64,000 bases of DNA from a bacterium (GTDB lineage Bacteria; Zhuqueibacterota; Zhuqueibacteria; Residuimicrobiales; Krinioviventaceae), in contig OY843751.1 of NCBI GenBank assembly GCA_963693055.1, positions 3,680,001 through 3,744,000 on the forward strand. Reading direction: 5' to 3'. Position 1 is the stretch's first letter. Each line of letters opens with the position of its first letter. The translations under genes and the position numbers were made by a program. A model generated the notes under the pieces. The model ran no database searches. It saw only the letters and a list, made by a program, of their open reading frames with translations, and was not told the origin of the DNA. Shown here one piece after another: positions 40,083-49,903 of this stretch.

Positions 40083-40188
40083 GTGAGGTCTCTCCCGTAT
40101 ATGTACAATATCATAGAGCATTACAATAAAAGCAATTCCATATAAATAAGCAAATACAATCATCCGAAACTGACAGAAAAATAAAAAT

Positions 40189-41619
40189 CAGGACACCCCC
40201 GAAAAATCACAAATCATATTACTGTAAGTAATAAAAAATAATGGAGATAGAAGCAAAAAAAGCTTGTAAAAATAAAAAAAGGTTGCCTCATTATAGTTGA
40301 CAGACCATAATATAGGAGGCAACCCATGGACATCACAAAACGAGTCCAAGTAAAACTTAATCAAGTGACAGCGAAATATCAAGCAGAATTCAACCGACCG
40401 GACTATAAATTTATCAGAGACATGCATTATGGGATATTATGCTCGGGACATGTACATTTAAATAAAATCGCATCAACCCTAAAGGAAGAGACGAGCCTAA
40501 AAAAGACAACAGAACGAATGTCAAACCATCTGGGCCGACCAGGATTTGACAGAGAATTAACCATTAGTCATCTGAAAATAAATAAGAGGAGATTTTCAGA
40601 TTCCAGATATTTGATAGCAGATATGAGTGATATAATAAAGCCTTATGCGGAAAAGATGGAAGGGCTTGATCGTGTTTATGATGGCAGCACCAAAGAACTG
40701 GGAAATGGATATTGGCAACTGAATATCATTGGAGTTGATAAAACCGGAACATCCATCATGCCGCTGGTGAGTACGCTTTGGGCGACGGATCAGGAAGAAG
40801 GCAAAGGTATTTCAGAGAACAAGAAAATCCTCGAATCCGTGGACACGATTCGAGAACATATTCATGGAGAACAGATAGTTGTTTATGATCGCGGAGGTGA
40901 TCGTAGCAAACTGATGAACAAATGGATTAAGCAAAAACAACACTTTATAATACGGCAAACCGGGTACCGGGATATATTTGTTCAAGGAGTAAAGAAGAAT
41001 TTAAAGAAATATGCCGAAAAAATCCGTCCCAGTACTGAAATTACCGTGCAGAAAAAACGCCGGAACAGGCTGATAAAGCGATGTTTTCAATGCGGTGCCC
41101 GTAAAGTATATCTGCCAAAGCAGTATGGGGATGGCCCAATGGATACCGGATTATGGCTGATTTCAGTCACTGAACCTGGCAAAGGCAAAAGCTGGTTTTT
41201 AAGCTTTATACCGGCAGAGACTGAACGTGAGGCCATAGAGATTACCATGGAAGGCTATGGTTACCGGTGGAAAATTGAAGAGGTACATCGTCAAATAAAA
41301 AATGATTATCATCTTGAAGACATTTGCCTTAAAAGGTATGTTGCGCTAAAAAATTTTAATGCCCTGTTTTGGAATGTCATGAGTTTTATCTATTGTCATT
41401 TGGATAATATTTGTTTACATATTTTAGATCAATCTCAAGCTCCGTTGGTGTATAGAAGGAAATTAAACGAGTTTATTGGGTTTGTTTATTATAAACTGGC
41501 AAAGGCATTAAGGATCATTTTACCCAATATAAAGCTCAGAAAATTAAAGTGTAATAATCATGCCGGTGACAAAAACCAATTGTTTTTAGCCCTCGAATAA
41601 AAAAATCGGGGGTACCCTG
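40189..41619 (+). mobile_element. IS4-family insertion sequence, 1431 bp, 12-bp target-site duplication
   Basis: Left end CAGGACACCCCCGA, right end reverse complement CAGGGTACCCCCGA (12/14 match); AAAAATAAAAAT at 40177-40188 and 41620-41631. Confidence 0.92.
40326..41600 (+). CDS. IS4-family DDE transposase
   Basis: IADMS, YDRGGD and YGYRWKIEEVHRQIK (Y-2-R-3-E-6-K signature). Confidence 0.9.
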   Translation: MDITKRVQVKLNQVTAKYQAEFNRPDYKFIRDMHYGILCSGHVHLNKIASTLKEETSLKKTTERMSNHLGRPGFDRELTISHLKINKRRFSDSRYLIADMSDIIKPYAEKMEGLDRVYDGSTKELGNGYWQLNIIGVDKTGTSIMPLVSTLWATDQEEGKGISENKKILESVDTIREHIHGEQIVVYDRGGDRSKLMNKWIKQKQHFIIRQTGYRDIFVQGVKKNLKKYAEKIRPSTEITVQKKRRNRLIKRCFQCGARKVYLPKQYGDGPMDTGLWLISVTEPGKGKSWFLSFIPAETEREAIEITMEGYGYRWKIEEVHRQIKNDYHLEDICLKRYVALKNFNALFWNVMSFIYCHLDNICLHILDQSQAPLVYRRKLNEFIGFVYYKLAKALRIILPNIKLRKLKCNNHAGDKNQLFLALE

Positions 41620-41634
41620 AAAAATAAAAATATC

Positions 41635-41663
41635 TTGAAATTCGCTAAAATAGATCGTATTAT
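41635..41663 (+). promoter_or_regulatory. Sigma70-type promoter for the deaminase/oxidoreductase operon
   Basis: TTGAAA-N17-TATTAT. Confidence 0.5.
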
Positions 41664-41718
41664 ATTAAATGCTCAATTCATAAAAAACGATTATATTCAC
41701 AACTACTCTGGAAGTATT

Positions 41719-42276
41719 ATGCAGTATATTGAAAAAAAACAGCTTTTTTTACCGGAATGGATTAAAGATATAAACACATCATCTCCTCTGAATACAGATA
41801 AAGCTAAAATGGAATTTTGTATTGACCTGGCAAACCGGAATATTAAAAACAATACCGGTGGACCTTTTGGCGCTGCCGTTTTTAATATGAAAACCGATGA
41901 ATTGATATCCTTGGGGGTCAATGTAGTGGTAGAACAAACCTGTTCATCCGCTCATGCCGAAGTAATGGCGTTAACCCTTGCGCAGGAACAAATTAAAAGC
42001 CATCGACTTGAACCAACAGATTATGTTATTTTCTCATCCGCTCAACCCTGCATCATGTGCTTTGGAGCGGTCATGTGGTCTGGCGTTAAAAAACTGGTAT
42101 TTGGAGCAACCAAAGCAGATGTGGAATCTATAACCGGATTTGATGAAGGTCCAGCTATACCCAATTGGGACAAAGAGCTAATAAGTCGCAATATTGAGGT
42201 TGTATCCGGGTATATGAGAAAAGAAGCATGTACGGTTTTAACAGACTATAAAACCATGAACGGAATCATATACTAA
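41719..42276 (+). CDS. Nucleoside/guanine deaminase (CDA fold)
   Basis: GGPFGAAVF, AHAEV, QPCIMCFGA, GFDEG. Start set at ATG 41719, downstream of the promoter. Confidence 0.88.
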   Translation: MQYIEKKQLFLPEWIKDINTSSPLNTDKAKMEFCIDLANRNIKNNTGGPFGAAVFNMKTDELISLGVNVVVEQTCSSAHAEVMALTLAQEQIKSHRLEPTDYVIFSSAQPCIMCFGAVMWSGVKKLVFGATKADVESITGFDEGPAIPNWDKELISRNIEVVSGYMRKEACTVLTDYKTMNGIIY

Positions 42277-43644
42277 ATGGGAAAAGAAATGGATAATTCT
42301 ACAAAAATTTCCAGACGTACATTTGTAAATACGGCCGCGGCAAGCGCATTTGCTTTTCACTTTATTCCTGCCCGGTTGCTCGGCAAAGACGCCCCCAGTA
42401 ACAAACTCAACATAGCAGGTATTGGTGTGGGTGGAATGGGAAAAGGCAATCTTTCACGGTGTGAAAGTGAAAATATAATGGCATTATGCGATGTAGACAG
42501 CAGTTATGCCGCACCCATATTTGAAAAATACCCAAATGCTAAAACATATACCGATTACCGTGTAATGCTGGATAAAGAAAAAGATATTGATGCAGTAGTG
42601 ATTGCCACTCCAGACCATACACATGCAGTAATAACAATGGCCTGTATGGAAGCAGGAAAACATATCTATTGTCAAAAACCTCTTACACATACTGTATATG
42701 AAGCTCGAAAAATTACAGAAGCAGCTAGGAAATATGGCGTGCAGACCCAAATGGGCAACCAGGGACACTCGTCCGAACATATTCGGCTATTAAAAGAATG
42801 GCTGGCTGCTGGAGCAATTGGTAATGTGACAGAGGTACATGCCTGGACAGATCGCCCCGTAGGTGGAGATCCCTGGTCTACTTTTGCGGTCAAAGCCAGA
42901 TCAGAAGAAATTATACCTGTACCTGAATCACTAAATTGGGATCTATGGTTGGGCCCCGCAGCCAGTCGTCCCTATCATCCGGATTACCATCCGCTGTCAT
43001 GGCGTGCATGGCTTGATTTCGGAACCGGTGCTTTGGGAGATATGGGCTGCCATATTCTGGACCCGGCTTTCTGGGCCCTTGATTTAGGAGCACCAGATAC
43101 CATACAAGCAACCTCAACACACTGGCAGGACGATGTGAGCTCGGAAACCTTTCCTCGGGCTTCCATAGTCAGATTCCATTTCCCAGAAAAAAACAAAAGA
43201 CCACCGGTCAAGATCACCTGGTACGATGGTCGTTTAATGCCGCCAATGCCTGAAGAACTTGAAGATGACCGTGAGCTGCCGGGTAGCGGTGCGTTAATAA
43301 TCGGTGATGAAGGCAAAATATTACATGGTTCTCATGGCGCAGGTGCTATGCGTATAATACCTGAGAAAAAAATGAAGGCTTATAATCCGCCTCCTAAAAC
43401 GCTGCCAAGAGTAGAAGGCACACACGAAGGTGACTGGATCAGAGCATGTAAGGATGGAAAACCCGCCAGCTCAACATTTGATTATGGTGGTCCGTTAACT
43501 GAAATGGCATTATTGGGAATGATTGCAATTCGTATGAAAAACAAAATATTGAAATGGGATACCCAAAATCTCAGATTTACTAACAATGATGAAGCAAACA
43601 AGCTTTTGCATATCGATTATCGAGAAGGTTGGAAAAAAATCTAG
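42277..43644 (+). CDS. Tat-exported Gfo/Idh/MocA oxidoreductase (paralog of 23688..25088)
   Basis: SRRTFV; GVGGMG; ATPDHTH; YCQKP; GDMGCHILD. Confidence 0.9.
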   Translation: MGKEMDNSTKISRRTFVNTAAASAFAFHFIPARLLGKDAPSNKLNIAGIGVGGMGKGNLSRCESENIMALCDVDSSYAAPIFEKYPNAKTYTDYRVMLDKEKDIDAVVIATPDHTHAVITMACMEAGKHIYCQKPLTHTVYEARKITEAARKYGVQTQMGNQGHSSEHIRLLKEWLAAGAIGNVTEVHAWTDRPVGGDPWSTFAVKARSEEIIPVPESLNWDLWLGPAASRPYHPDYHPLSWRAWLDFGTGALGDMGCHILDPAFWALDLGAPDTIQATSTHWQDDVSSETFPRASIVRFHFPEKNKRPPVKITWYDGRLMPPMPEELEDDRELPGSGALIIGDEGKILHGSHGAGAMRIIPEKKMKAYNPPPKTLPRVEGTHEGDWIRACKDGKPASSTFDYGGPLTEMALLGMIAIRMKNKILKWDTQNLRFTNNDEANKLLHIDYREGWKKI

Positions 43645-43684
43645 TTACTATTATTCCCCCATTTAAAAAAAATCAAGTTTTAAT

Positions 43685-43721
43685 AAAAAAAAAGCCCTGC
43701 CGGTTAAACCGACAGGGCTTT
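43685..43721. terminator. Bidirectional intrinsic terminator
   Basis: A-run, then AAAGCCCTGCCGG-TTAAA-CCGACAGGGCTTT, between convergent genes. Confidence 0.85.
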
Positions 43722-43739
43722 AATAATATTAATAGGTTA

Positions 43740-46700
43740 TTATTTTGTCAAAACCGCTTTTTTGATTTGGGTAAAATCACCAGCGGTAATTTTGTAGAAA
43801 TAAACACCTGAACCATAATTTACTGCATTCCATGCAATTGTATGGTAACCAGCATTCTGGAAACCATCCATCAAGGTAGCAATTTCCTGACCCAGTGCAT
43901 TGTGAACGGTAACAGTAACATGGCTGGCATTTGGCAGACCATATTTAATTGATGTTACCGGGTTGAACGGGTTAGGATAATTCTGGCTCAGTGAATAAAC
44001 AGTAGGTACTGCTTCTGCTTCTGTAATAGCATCCGGGAAAGTAACCGAAACGCTATAGGTTTCAGAAGACCAGGTACCATCGGAGTATTCATCTACTGCT
44101 TTGACTTTCCAATAATAAGTCTTGTTGCGTTCGAGGGCAGCCCATGTGAATGTGGTTTCAGTCAATCCACTCTGAGTCATTGGGCTTGTGAATTCAGCAT
44201 CTTCTGACAAATACAAGGTATAAGTCATGTTACCACCCAATTCAGAGTTGGTTGTTGGTTCCCATATGAATTGAACGGTGTTTTCGGTAACAGTTGTATC
44301 ATCAGCAGGTGAAGTCAAAGAGAATTCTGCCGGTGGCAAAACTTCAATCATAAATGAGAATGTTTCTGTTGATTCAGTACCTTCGGTATTGGTATCAACA
44401 GCTTTGACTTTCCAGTAAACAGTACTATTCAAAATATATTCAGCATAATCTGCAAGAATTGCTGCAGGATCCCAGGTATATTCAGAATCTTCCAGGCCTT
44501 CCATTGCAATGGTCAACAAGGGGGCGAAAGAAGGATCAACAGAAACATACAGATTATAAGTTACAGCATCACCAGGATCATCATCATATGCATCTTCCCA
44601 GTCAAATGTTACATCTGCAGTACTGTAAACTGCTTCGTCTTCAGGAGTCAGCAATGAGAAAGCCATGGGCGGGAATACCGGTACAAAAACCTGACCCAGG
44701 AATGGATCATAATCTACACGGTCAGAAACCGGAGAACCAGCACCAGGACCATTACCAGCAGGACCAGAAGCATGTCCCCACCAGTTGTTTTCAGCATTAA
44801 TTTCGAGTACCTGTGATTCATTCAAAACACCAAACAAGGTACTTCCAACGATGTTATTATAATTAATAACCGGTTGGCCTTCTAATCTTGCATATACACC
44901 ACGTTTTGCCCCAAGAAGATCATTGTACATAACCGTGGGAGAACCACCATAACAGAATACATTGCTTTCAAGGTTGTTCTGGAAAACATTTGCTTCAAGG
45001 AAAGCATGTTGATTAACCTGAACACCATTGGTTGCGTATTCAATGGTACAACGTCTCAGTTTTGAAGAATCATCAGCAGCATCATCAAAAATGATTGCGC
45101 CCCATTCACCAGCTTTAGGATCGAAATCGTTAGAAGAGGTAAAGGTTGCACCCATAGCTACCAATTTACCGGTAGGATCATCAACCTGAACTTTATTTGC
45201 ACCAGTACCTGCTGCATTCAAAGCGCCATTCAATTGAGAACCTACAACCAGATCAGCTTCTTTATTAAAAGTAACAACAACACCTGGTTCAATGGTCAAA
45301 GTTGGCATATCTACAGCATCTTCAACAAATACATCGTCAAAGATATAATAGTTAACGCCCAGTTCGCTCCAAACAGCATCAGTAGAGATAAATCCTCTAA
45401 AGATGTAAATTGCGTTGAAACGGTTATCTGCATAAGTATTTCCAGTCACAAATTGTGCCTGATCTGGATGTAATTGAATTACATATTTATTATTATTGGT
45501 AAATTCATTACCAGATACCATAATTTCAGCATTTACGTTTTTAACACTGATAACATCAGAATTGATGTTTGTTAATGTACTGTTCAGAACATCAAGTTCG
45601 CCAACTGCGCTAGCTTCATAGAAAACGCCGGTGAACATGGTGTCAAAAGTACTACCATCAACATACACATCTGACATGCCTTCAGCATAAATACCACTCT
45701 GGAGAATGTTGCTAAAAGTAGTACCAGATACAGAAACGTCATTATTGTGTATTAACAAACCATCAGTTGCATATTCAATGGTACAACCATCAAGTGCACA
45801 GTCATCTGATGCATTATCGAAAAAGTAGATACCTTCCCAATCATCAGCAGTCTGACCTGAAAGTTTATAAGAGGTAAACTTGGTATCAGTTGCGGTCAAT
45901 TTTCCGGAATTGGCTGCTGTTTCAGAACCAACCCATAACTGAACGCCATCAAAAAAGCTCAAAGTAGCATCAGGACCGATTGCCAAAGCAGCTTCCGCAC
46001 CATTACCAGCAACAGTAATATCGCCAGCAATAAGATATTCAAGTTCAGATTCAGGCCATGAAGAGTTAACACTCATGGTACCAGGTCTTACACGAATTCT
46101 GTTATATTCAGGAGCATTATCAGAAGCGGAAGAACCTGACATTGAACCAACCTGATTCGGATACAGACTGGCTGCATAATCAACAAGGTTGGTAAAAGTA
46201 TTATCAGTAATAACCGGAGCAGCTCCAGCACTTTCAACGTTAATAGCAATATCGCCAAGGCTATCAAAAGTGTTACCGGTAATTACAGGAGCGGCAGTAC
46301 ATTTAAAATCTACTAGAATACCTACAGGGGTATTTGAAAAAGTATTGCCACTAAAAGTAGGAGCTGAATTTTTAGCAACAAAAGCTCCATTGTCTTTAAT
46401 ATTATTAAAAGTATTACCTGTCAAAGTGGGTGAAGAACCACTAACAGTAATACCAGTTTCAGCATATTCTACAGTACATCCTTCCATTGCAGAAGAAGCA
46501 TCAGCGGTAGAATCAAAGATAACTGAATACCAGTCGCCGGCAGCTTTGCCGGTAACTTTGCGTGATGTCAAAGTAGCACCAGTAGCCATCAATGTACCAG
46601 GATTTCCACCAACAGGTTCACCAACCCAAATAGCAGAGCCTGTTGAGAAAGTCAATGTAGCACCATCTGAAATAGTCAATACTGGATTGTCTGCACCACG

Positions 46701-48320
46701 TACATACAAATCATTAGAAATATAATATGGAATATCTGTTTCAGTCCAGCTACCTGTTTCAGAAAGGTCACCGGCTTTAACACGAAGCATATTAAATTCT
46801 GCAACGTTATCTGAACCTGTACTTCCTGACAAATTGGTAACCTGATTTGGAAACAAATCTACAAGGAATTTTTTATTGTTATTAAATGTGTTATCACTAA
46901 TTACCGGCATTGAATTAGCACTTTCAATCTTGACGGTAATATCAGTACAATTTTCAATTGTATTACCAGAAATGGTAGGACTACCGGTAGCAAATTGATC
47001 TACCCAAACAGCAACAGGAACTGTATCAATAGAGTTGCCAGAGATTGTGGGAGACGCGCTTCCGGTTACCAGCACTGCAATTTCCATAATATTGGAAACA
47101 TTATTATTACTGAATGTTGGACTTGCATCTACTGTGAACAATGCATTTTCACAATTTTCAATGGTACAATTATCAACAACAGATGAAGGATCTGATGATA
47201 CATCAAAATGCAATGCATACCACCAACCTACAGGTATTAAAGCATCAGTTGTATTATCTCCTGTTTTCTGAACCAGTGGGGCAGATTCTTCAAAACCAAC
47301 TTCATTAAATGAAGTCAAAGTAGCGCCAGAAGCCATCAACTTTGCAGGTTCGTTTACATTAGCTGTACCAACATACAAACCTTTATGTTCTTCAAATAAC
47401 AACTGAACACCGTCTTCAATAGTCAAAGTAACCAATGTACCCGCATTACCTTTAACAAAAATATTACTGGAAATCAAAAATGGAATTTGATCTTCACTCC
47501 AGGTAGCATCCTGCAATACATCGCCTCCAGCAACATAGATCATGCTGCGGGTAGGATCAGCACTGGAACCTGTGTTTCCCCAAATACCACCCATTGTTGT
47601 TGGATATACAAACATAACATAATGAGAAGCAGTTGTAATATTGTTATTATAGATTTGAGGGGTAGCAACTTTACTTTCAACATTAATACCAAACTCTATG
47701 CTGTTTTCAACAGTATTGTTTGAAAAATCAATAGAGCCGGTACTTTTATCAACAACAAATAATGCAGATTTAACACCTTGAAAAGTATTTCCCTGAACAA
47801 CAGCATCAGATTCACCAACTACATTTACACCATAATTGACAAAATCGCTGATTGTAGAATTTTGAACCGTGGGACTAGCATCAGTGAGGAAAATACCAGT
47901 AACACCTGTTTGAATTACACAATTGTCTAAAATTGATGAATCATCTGACCAGGCTTCAAAATAAATTGAACGCCAGCGATATTCTGCTTTTGTATCATCC
48001 CAGTATGCTTCAAATGTAATGGGATTTTCAGCAGTACCTTGTGCAACAATTTTACCATCTGTTACACCTGCGTTATAAGAACCAATATAAAGTGCAGTGT
48101 TGGGGAAAAATTTAACCTCTACACCCGGTTCAATGGTTAATGTAGCCAGACTATTTCCGCCCGAGATTGTCACATTGCTTTTGACAACATAGGGGCTGCC
48201 GGCAAGATCCCAAACGGTATCTGTACTTATCGTACCGCTGACATCAGTAGCAAGAACTGCCGTTGTGCAACAAAGTGCCATGATGGCAATAAATCCTGCC
48301 AGTCGTAAAAAAGATCTCAT
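43740..48320 (-). CDS. Large acidic secreted protein: five beta-helix modules, two FnIII/Ig-like domains, T9SS-type C-terminal sorting domain
   Basis: Start MRSFLR after GGAGGG; repeated TLTIEPGV..W.xI.F..CTIEYA modules; AENNWWG cap; YWKVKAVD twice; YSLSQNYPNPFNP...SGVYFY. Confidence 0.85.
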   Translation of the reverse strand: MRSFLRLAGFIAIMALCCTTAVLATDVSGTISTDTVWDLAGSPYVVKSNVTISGGNSLATLTIEPGVEVKFFPNTALYIGSYNAGVTDGKIVAQGTAENPITFEAYWDDTKAEYRWRSIYFEAWSDDSSILDNCVIQTGVTGIFLTDASPTVQNSTISDFVNYGVNVVGESDAVVQGNTFQGVKSALFVVDKSTGSIDFSNNTVENSIEFGINVESKVATPQIYNNNITTASHYVMFVYPTTMGGIWGNTGSSADPTRSMIYVAGGDVLQDATWSEDQIPFLISSNIFVKGNAGTLVTLTIEDGVQLLFEEHKGLYVGTANVNEPAKLMASGATLTSFNEVGFEESAPLVQKTGDNTTDALIPVGWWYALHFDVSSDPSSVVDNCTIENCENALFTVDASPTFSNNNVSNIMEIAVLVTGSASPTISGNSIDTVPVAVWVDQFATGSPTISGNTIENCTDITVKIESANSMPVISDNTFNNNKKFLVDLFPNQVTNLSGSTGSDNVAEFNMLRVKAGDLSETGSWTETDIPYYISNDLYVRGADNPVLTISDGATLTFSTGSAIWVGEPVGGNPGTLMATGATLTSRKVTGKAAGDWYSVIFDSTADASSAMEGCTVEYAETGITVSGSSPTLTGNTFNNIKDNGAFVAKNSAPTFSGNTFSNTPVGILVDFKCTAAPVITGNTFDSLGDIAINVESAGAAPVITDNTFTNLVDYAASLYPNQVGSMSGSSASDNAPEYNRIRVRPGTMSVNSSWPESELEYLIAGDITVAGNGAEAALAIGPDATLSFFDGVQLWVGSETAANSGKLTATDTKFTSYKLSGQTADDWEGIYFFDNASDDCALDGCTIEYATDGLLIHNNDVSVSGTTFSNILQSGIYAEGMSDVYVDGSTFDTMFTGVFYEASAVGELDVLNSTLTNINSDVISVKNVNAEIMVSGNEFTNNNKYVIQLHPDQAQFVTGNTYADNRFNAIYIFRGFISTDAVWSELGVNYYIFDDVFVEDAVDMPTLTIEPGVVVTFNKEADLVVGSQLNGALNAAGTGANKVQVDDPTGKLVAMGATFTSSNDFDPKAGEWGAIIFDDAADDSSKLRRCTIEYATNGVQVNQHAFLEANVFQNNLESNVFCYGGSPTVMYNDLLGAKRGVYARLEGQPVINYNNIVGSTLFGVLNESQVLEINAENNWWGHASGPAGNGPGAGSPVSDRVDYDPFLGQVFVPVFPPMAFSLLTPEDEAVYSTADVTFDWEDAYDDDPGDAVTYNLYVSVDPSFAPLLTIAMEGLEDSEYTWDPAAILADYAEYILNSTVYWKVKAVDTNTEGTESTETFSFMIEVLPPAEFSLTSPADDTTVTENTVQFIWEPTTNSELGGNMTYTLYLSEDAEFTSPMTQSGLTETTFTWAALERNKTYYWKVKAVDEYSDGTWSSETYSVSVTFPDAITEAEAVPTVYSLSQNYPNPFNPVTSIKYGLPNASHVTVTVHNALGQEIATLMDGFQNAGYHTIAWNAVNYGSGVYFYKITAGDFTQIKKAVLTK

Positions 48321-48563
48321 TCTTGATCCCTCCAATTTAATTAAAGGTTTTTTAAGTGTTTTCATGTTTTGAGTGCCTGCCCGTAAAGGGCATTTGGGAA
48401 TAAGGTCCTATTATTCTTTATTATAACCCATTTTTATATTTTTATATTCCATACTAAAAATACCAAACTCATATCATTTAAAAATGGTAAAACTAAAAGA
48501 AAAACATGGTAATGTAGAAACTTTGGCAGGTATATAATTGCAATATACGCATACAAAGGTAAT

Positions 48564-48579
48564 CGCAATTTCCATACCA
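48564..48579 (-). promoter_or_regulatory. Sigma54 (-24/-12) promoter
   Basis: Minus strand TGGTATGGAAATTGCG = GG-N10-GC, matching TGGYAYR-N4-TTGC, oriented toward the large gene. Confidence 0.65.
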
Positions 48580-49076
48580 CAAAATCCAATAAAAAAGAAA
48601 CCCCACACAACCCAGTAAACCCAATAAAAACAATGAAAGAAGATTTACATCTGTTGTTTCAGGTATTAACTCAGGAAAAATTTGCGCAGTCAATACCTTT
48701 TTTTCGTTACAATTATGTCACAGTAAATACAACAAATTATTTCTGGTATTGCAATTCTCTATTTACAGGCAGATATTCGATACATAACAAGTATAATCAA
48801 CGCTCATGTTAACTGTATAAAATACTGGTAACTATAACTAGAAATTACTAAAATTAAACTTTATAAACAATCATTATTTATTACAAAATCTTGAGAAATA
48901 ATCACAAATACGTTTATATTTACGATCTTAAAATTTTTAGAATTTTCATTGATTATAATAAGAACATTCTTAATTTATTATTGCTGTTTTTCTTGAATTC
49001 TTGATTAAAAAAAACAATCCGTTTTGACAGGCATTGAATTTGCATCAAAAGCAATAACCAATTGAAAGGATATGCC

Positions 49077-49880
49077 ATGGAATCTAATGTACCAGCTCCA
49101 AAAGATAAGCTCAAGAAAAAATTTTATGAAAATGAACTGCTGAATCTTCAGATTGAACTGGTAAAACTTCAGGAATGGATTAAGCAGAAAAAGCTCAAGG
49201 TTGTGGTTATTTTTGAAGGGCGTGATGCAGCCGGTAAAGGAGGAGTAATCAAACGCATTACTCAATCTCTAAATCCCAGGATCTGTCGCGTGGTTGCACT
49301 GGGCGTTCCCACTGAAAAAGAAAAATCACAATGGTATTTTCAGCGTTATGTCCCACATCTTCCCGCAGCCGGAGAAATGGTATTATTTGATCGCAGTTGG
49401 TACAACCGTGCAGGGGTTGAACATGTCATGGGTTATTGTACCGAAGAAGAATACCGCGAGTTTCTGCGCACTTGCCCCGAGTTTGAACGTATGCTGGTTC
49501 GGTCAGGAATTACATTGATTAAATATTGGTTTTCAGTAAGTGATGATGTACAAGAAAAACGTTTCCAATCCAGAAATGAAGATCCAACCAAACGCTGGAA
49601 ACTCAGTCCCATGGATCTAAAATCCAGAGATATGTGGCTGGAATATTCAAAAGCCAAAGACCAGATGTTTGATTATACCGACATTAAACAGGCTCCCTGG
49701 TGGGTGGTTAACGCGGACGATAAAAAACGCGCACGTCTGAACTGTATTAGCCATTTGCTGAGCATGATAGATTATCAAGATCTTACGCCTGGGCCTATTG
49801 ACTTGAAGGCCCGTAAAAAAGATACCGGATATATTCGTCCACCTATCACGGATCAGACTTTTATACCGGATAAATATTAA
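49077..49880 (+). CDS. ppk2: Polyphosphate kinase 2
   Basis: FEGRDAAGKGG, FDRSWYNR, WKLSPMD, KKRARLN. Confidence 0.95.
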   Translation: MESNVPAPKDKLKKKFYENELLNLQIELVKLQEWIKQKKLKVVVIFEGRDAAGKGGVIKRITQSLNPRICRVVALGVPTEKEKSQWYFQRYVPHLPAAGEMVLFDRSWYNRAGVEHVMGYCTEEEYREFLRTCPEFERMLVRSGITLIKYWFSVSDDVQEKRFQSRNEDPTKRWKLSPMDLKSRDMWLEYSKAKDQMFDYTDIKQAPWWVVNADDKKRARLNCISHLLSMIDYQDLTPGPIDLKARKKDTGYIRPPITDQTFIPDKY

Positions 49881-49903
49881 GCGATTAGAACAGCGGTTAA
49901 ATT

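Noticed and set aside
41635-43644. Stop-codon readthrough fusion of deaminase and oxidoreductase (same frame, TAA-ATG)
   Set aside because: The stop is TAA and the downstream protein has its own N-terminal Tat signal; simple translational coupling suffices.
48321-48560. Riboswitch in the long leader of the giant protein gene
   Set aside because: Only two short hairpins are visible, with no recognisable c-di-GMP, cobalamin, TPP or SAM consensus. An Rfam scan would settle it.
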